Shown: positions 60,759 to 64,000 of the stretch, in pieces
Layout of the letters: every line of letters starts with the position of its first letter
How positions within the stretch are numbered: position 1 is the first letter of the stretch
DNA from: Minisyncoccia bacterium
GTDB taxonomy: Bacteria; Patescibacteriota; Minisyncoccia; Phycocordibacterales; UBA918
Length of the DNA: 64,000 nucleotides
NCBI GenBank assembly: GCA_041750655.1
Contig: JBGSYZ010000007.1
Location: forward strand, 41,493 to 105,492
Reading direction: 5' to 3'
Translations under genes and position numbers: made by a program
Notes under the pieces: model-generated
Database searches by the model: none
Told to the model about the DNA's origin: nothing
Seen by the model: only the letters and a program-made list of their open reading frames with translations

Positions 60759-61250
60759 TTATTGGTGCTCTGACTTCAGGTGGTCGATGAAGCTGTCGAG
60801 CATTTCAGGCGACATAGCTCCAAAGACCGACCCTTGACACACGTACGAGGTTGCACCGAGTCGACGAAACTCGTTGTAGTGAAACCCCATCATGGCGGCA
60901 AAGGCTTGTACTTGTGCAGGTGTGACGTCGACAGACCTTGGCTTGTGCGCCTTGACACGCACCAGTTCGAGCCAGTTGTAGGCACGTAGACAAGTTGCGA
61001 AGGCATGGTCCCTGAGATTGCCCATGTTTTCTGGCAGTCCGTGCTCTTTCAACAGGGCTGCAGCACGAGTCATGTTCTCGAGCCGATATCGCAAAGAGTT
61101 CGGGCAGGGCCAGTGTTGGTCGATGCTCTCGTAGACGATACGGGCGACTTTCCAGCGCAGTACGCAGTTCATCTCCGGCTTGTGTTTCGTAATCTTCCCG
61201 AAGATCGCTTGCGTACGGATCTTTCGAGGAAAGGGTGGGATGTCCATCAT
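60759..61250 (-). CDS. Orphan protein (cassette)
   Basis: GAGGT SD, TTGACT..TATTAT promoter, hairpin 60703-60749. Confidence 0.6.
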   Translation of the reverse strand: MMDIPPFPRKIRTQAIFGKITKHKPEMNCVLRWKVARIVYESIDQHWPCPNSLRYRLENMTRAAALLKEHGLPENMGNLRDHAFATCLRAYNWLELVRVKAHKPRSVDVTPAQVQAFAAMMGFHYNEFRRLGATSYVCQGSVFGAMSPEMLDSFIDHLKSEHQ

Positions 61251-61397
61251 TGGAAAGACCTCTTCTTTCTAGTGTTTCAGAATTAGTAAAATAATACATT
61301 AAATATTAAAAAAGTCAAATAGATTCTAATTTCCAAACATCTCTCCCTAATACAGCAAAACGATCCTTATTTTATAAGGCTCGTTTTGCTTCAGATT

Positions 61398-61576
61398 TGG
61401 TGGAGATGGTGGAAACGAACCATCAAGTTACTAACCAAAATATTTGTTGCCCAAATATTTTGCTAAGTACTTGCAGGCCCACCTCGCGGTTCACGGCATT
61501 TGTAAAGCCATGAACATCGCTGCGGTTGATTCGATTTCACGAAAGCAAAGTAGTTTGCTTTCTCACCATCTTCACC
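61398..61576 (-). mobile_element. Family A structured element downstream of ssrA with split antisense and duplicated tmRNA 3' end
   Basis: Same scaffold as 33493-33637; duplicate TGGTGGAGATGGTGGAAA at 61398-61415. Confidence 0.78.
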
Positions 61577-61614
61577 TAAAACACAAAACCACCCCAAAGA
61601 GGGTGGTCGTGTTT

Positions 61615-62007
61615 TGGTGGAGATGGTGGAAATCGAATCCACGTCCGAGAATGGTCACACATATGATTCTTCAATGCATAGCTACACTTTTAAGTTTTAA
61701 TATGATGATAGGAAGTGTAGCCAAAGCTCACCATATCTAGTTCGTACATCTCGGTTTCCTAGCCGAACAGTTTAGGATTCCGCAGTCTCATTTTTATTCC
61801 ACCCCACGCCACTTATGAGACTTCAGTGGGTGAAGCGTCGCTCCGGCCGGCGTTATTTACGCGAAAGCGGGTGCGAATCCAAACGCGTTAGCGTACGGAC
61901 TTGGTACAGATTTGTTTGCATCTATACGTGGTTGCCTTTTAACGAATGGCGACCAATTTCGACATTGCACATATGTATGGGTCAAACCGTCGATGCCTGT
62001 CATCCCC
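61615..62007 (-). ncRNA. ssrA: tmRNA, tag ANKSVPSPYANAFGFAPAFA
   Basis: 5' GGGGAUG, 3' T-arm and CAUCUCC-ACCA, G-U acceptor pair, tag ORF 61919-61857, smpB nearby. Confidence 0.95.
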
Positions 62008-62183
62008 TGAAAAAGTCCGGGGGACTTTTTCAGTTGAGCTCGGTGACTGTTCGAATTTTGGTCTGGTATCTTACCAGATGTATTCGAAAGGTATCGAACT
62101 TTCACTGAAGTCTGTAAGCAGACTCTTTCAGGGAATTTCAGTAGAAGAAAGTGGGGAGGCAGGGCGCCGCAGGCGCCCTGCAC

Positions 62184-62459
62184 TCATGTTTCTGGATTCG
62201 TATCAGGGTGGCCGAAGTTGTGAGACCTCGGCACAGTACCCGCAATTGCGAGGCCAATGTCTTCGTCGACAGTAGTCTGGTCGCCTGGGGGATTTTCAAC
62301 ATGATTGTCAGCGGTGTTGCGACCACCAGCAAAAGAAATTTCTTCAGATTCAGACAAGTTCGTCTGGACTCCAAAGCAGGCAAGAAGCCAAGCAAACCAT
62401 TTTGGCATGACGGGCATCATTCGGGCTTCAGCCATGAACGGATCTGTTTCTTGCTTCAT
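62184..62459 (-). CDS. Orphan small protein
   Basis: ATGA-coupled to the upstream ORF; GC hairpin 62159-62181 at the stop. Confidence 0.5.
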   Translation of the reverse strand: MKQETDPFMAEARMMPVMPKWFAWLLACFGVQTNLSESEEISFAGGRNTADNHVENPPGDQTTVDEDIGLAIAGTVPRSHNFGHPDTNPET

Positions 62460-62641
62460 GCGACTGCTCCCGTACAGTCTTGTTTCACTAGGGTATTTTC
62501 TGCTTTGGTGGTGGCACAGTCGTTGTCGTCCATGTAGCCACTTTCACGCATTGCCATTTTGTCTTTTTCAGACAAATTTCGGCCATGCCCCAAAAGCACT
62601 AGCCAAGCCAGTGCACTCAAATTTCCATCCATTCCGTACAC
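62456..62641 (-). CDS. Orphan small protein
   Basis: GGGAGG SD before GTG. Confidence 0.5.
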   Translation of the reverse strand: MYGMDGNLSALAWLVLLGHGRNLSEKDKMAMRESGYMDDNDCATTKAENTLVKQDCTGAVA

Positions 62642-62729
62642 GATAGGTCCTCCCTCGTTTCTTCAAAAAATTTCAGTTACACACAGGTGGTGCGCAGGCC
62701 GGTGGGGTACCGGCCTGCGCGAAAGTTCA

Positions 62730-63074
62730 TCAGGCAGTCTTTTCTGCCCTCTTGCCGGACGGAGTGAGTTCTCCGAGTTCAAGCAAAACCCAAGCAATGA
62801 GCGACTCGTATAGCTCTTCGCGGTCGAGGTAAAGATTGACCGTGAGCTGGGCCAGGGTTTGGCGAGCTTTCTCTTCGGCGTAGTCTTCGGCCATCTCCAG
62901 GATATCATCCTGGTATTTTTCCTTGAGGAGACGCCACAGAAGCTTTCGAAGCTCCCTTTCTGGGTGTCCATTCAAATCTCGGTGTTCGTGAAGGAAAATG
63001 ACTTCGCATTTCTTTTTTGGGGGCATTTTTCTGTCCGTTTTTGGGTTGGGGTATGGCAGTTCACTCTGAACCAC
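62730..63074 (-). CDS. Hypothetical protein (start uncertain)
   Basis: Helical charged ORF downstream of smpB, hairpin at about 62692-62720. Confidence 0.5.
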   Translation of the reverse strand: MVQSELPYPNPKTDRKMPPKKKCEVIFLHEHRDLNGHPERELRKLLWRLLKEKYQDDILEMAEDYAEEKARQTLAQLTVNLYLDREELYESLIAWVLLELGELTPSGKRAEKTA

Positions 63075-63092
63075 CTGTATGTAACCAAAATT

Positions 63093-63536
63093 TTACTGAA
63101 ATTTCAAAGATCGTCTGAGCTCGCGCTCGGTGTCACGCTTTTTAATTGATTCACGCTTATCTGCCTTCTTTTTACCACGTGCTACAGCAATTTCAAGCTT
63201 GATAGTGCTCTTTTTATTATACAACGAAATAGGCACTATTGTCAAACCAGATTGTTCGCTCTGTTTGTACAGTTCAGCCAGCTGTTTCTTGTTCAAAAGA
63301 AGTTTTCGAGTACGTTCTGGATCGTAATCAGCGCTAACGTTCTTTTTTTGGAAGGCCGGGATACTGGAGCCAGTTAAAAAAGCTTCGCCACCACGAATTA
63401 CCACATGGGCGCCCTCGAGCTTGCCCTGGCCTTTTCGGACTGATTTTACCTCAGTACCAAGCAGCGAAATACCCGCCTCGTAGGTCTCAAGGATTTCAAA
63501 ATCAAAGTAGGCCTTTTTGTTGCTCACTAATGCCAT
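63093..63536 (-). CDS. smpB: SsrA-binding protein
   Basis: NKKAYFD, EAGISLLGTEVKS, RTRKLLL, ARGKK..DKR. Confidence 0.98.
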   Translation of the reverse strand: MALVSNKKAYFDFEILETYEAGISLLGTEVKSVRKGQGKLEGAHVVIRGGEAFLTGSSIPAFQKKNVSADYDPERTRKLLLNKKQLAELYKQSEQSGLTIVPISLYNKKSTIKLEIAVARGKKKADKRESIKKRDTERELRRSLKFQ

Positions 63537-63682
63537 AGGTGTGGTCATAACTATACCCCGACCCTAGTTCTCAGTCTATTCAAGCACTCAGAGACTTCAT
63601 AAAATACTGTAATTTAAAAACCAGGGCAGGGTATAGCAAATTCCTCGCAAAATGGGGTGATTTCTGTATAATGACGGGCACT

Positions 63683-64000
63683 ATGAATAAGGAGCAAAAA
63701 GAAGTCATTAATTCACCAATTGTGGCTGAAAATCACGAAAAAAACAAAGAAAAAAAATCTGACAAAAAAAATCAAAGTAACTTATCTACGGAACACAAGC
63801 GTCGGATTAAGATGCCAGAAAAAATGCCGGTTGGCCCGGGTAATTTTTGGAATAACATACTTACCACTGTATTAATTTTGGTAGGATTAACTTTTTTGTA
63901 TTCTTATATAGCTGAATCACAGAATCCAGTTGATGAACTATCAGTGTCGGAAGTGGTCCAACAAGTGAAGAATGGCGAAGTGTCAGAAATCGTGGTCCAA
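63683..64000 (+). CDS. ftsH: N-terminus of a probable FtsH protease (runs off the window)
   Basis: Read by hand: TM then ELSVSEVVQQVKNGEVSEIVV, like the FtsH extracellular domain; ATPase part not visible. Confidence 0.65.
   Translation, partial: MNKEQKEVINSPIVAENHEKNKEKKSDKKNQSNLSTEHKRRIKMPEKMPVGPGNFWNNILTTVLILVGLTFLYSYIAESQNPVDELSVSEVVQQVKNGEVSEIVVQ

Noticed and set aside
59036-61615. Prophage or integrase island at ssrA
   Set aside because: The att-like duplicate is only 217 bp away and no integrase or phage structural genes are visible.
61857-62183. 108-aa ORF and other ORFs over 61444-62275
   Set aside because: Shadows of tmRNA and its flanks; only the tag is translated.

Overview
This window looks like the chromosome of a Patescibacteria/CPR bacterium, probably Parcubacteria. 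The lineage is inferred from the missing rpmD between rpsE and rplO, SD-less or leaderless core genes and CPR-type surface proteins. Genetic code 11 fits. The core is a fragmented fusA-tuf-rpsJ / S10 / spc / secY-adk-map cluster plus ndk, infC-rpmI-rplT, ssrA, smpB, a probable 6S RNA and the start of ftsH. Accessory content includes a SipW/TasA-like fibre operon, a CsoR-family/rhodanese/persulfide-dioxygenase cluster, a GcrA homologue and about 15 orphan single-gene cassettes with their own promoter, SD and GC hairpin. The strongest unexplained signal is a 190-270 nt non-coding element at the 3' ends of rplE, ssrA and (degenerate) fusA. It has a conserved scaffold, a locus-specific antisense copy of its target split by a hairpin, and a downstream target duplication. 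Two further palindromic element families occur, one inserted in frame in a DUF1905 gene. Two ORFs continue in frame past a single TGA. All calls are by eye; no searches were run.
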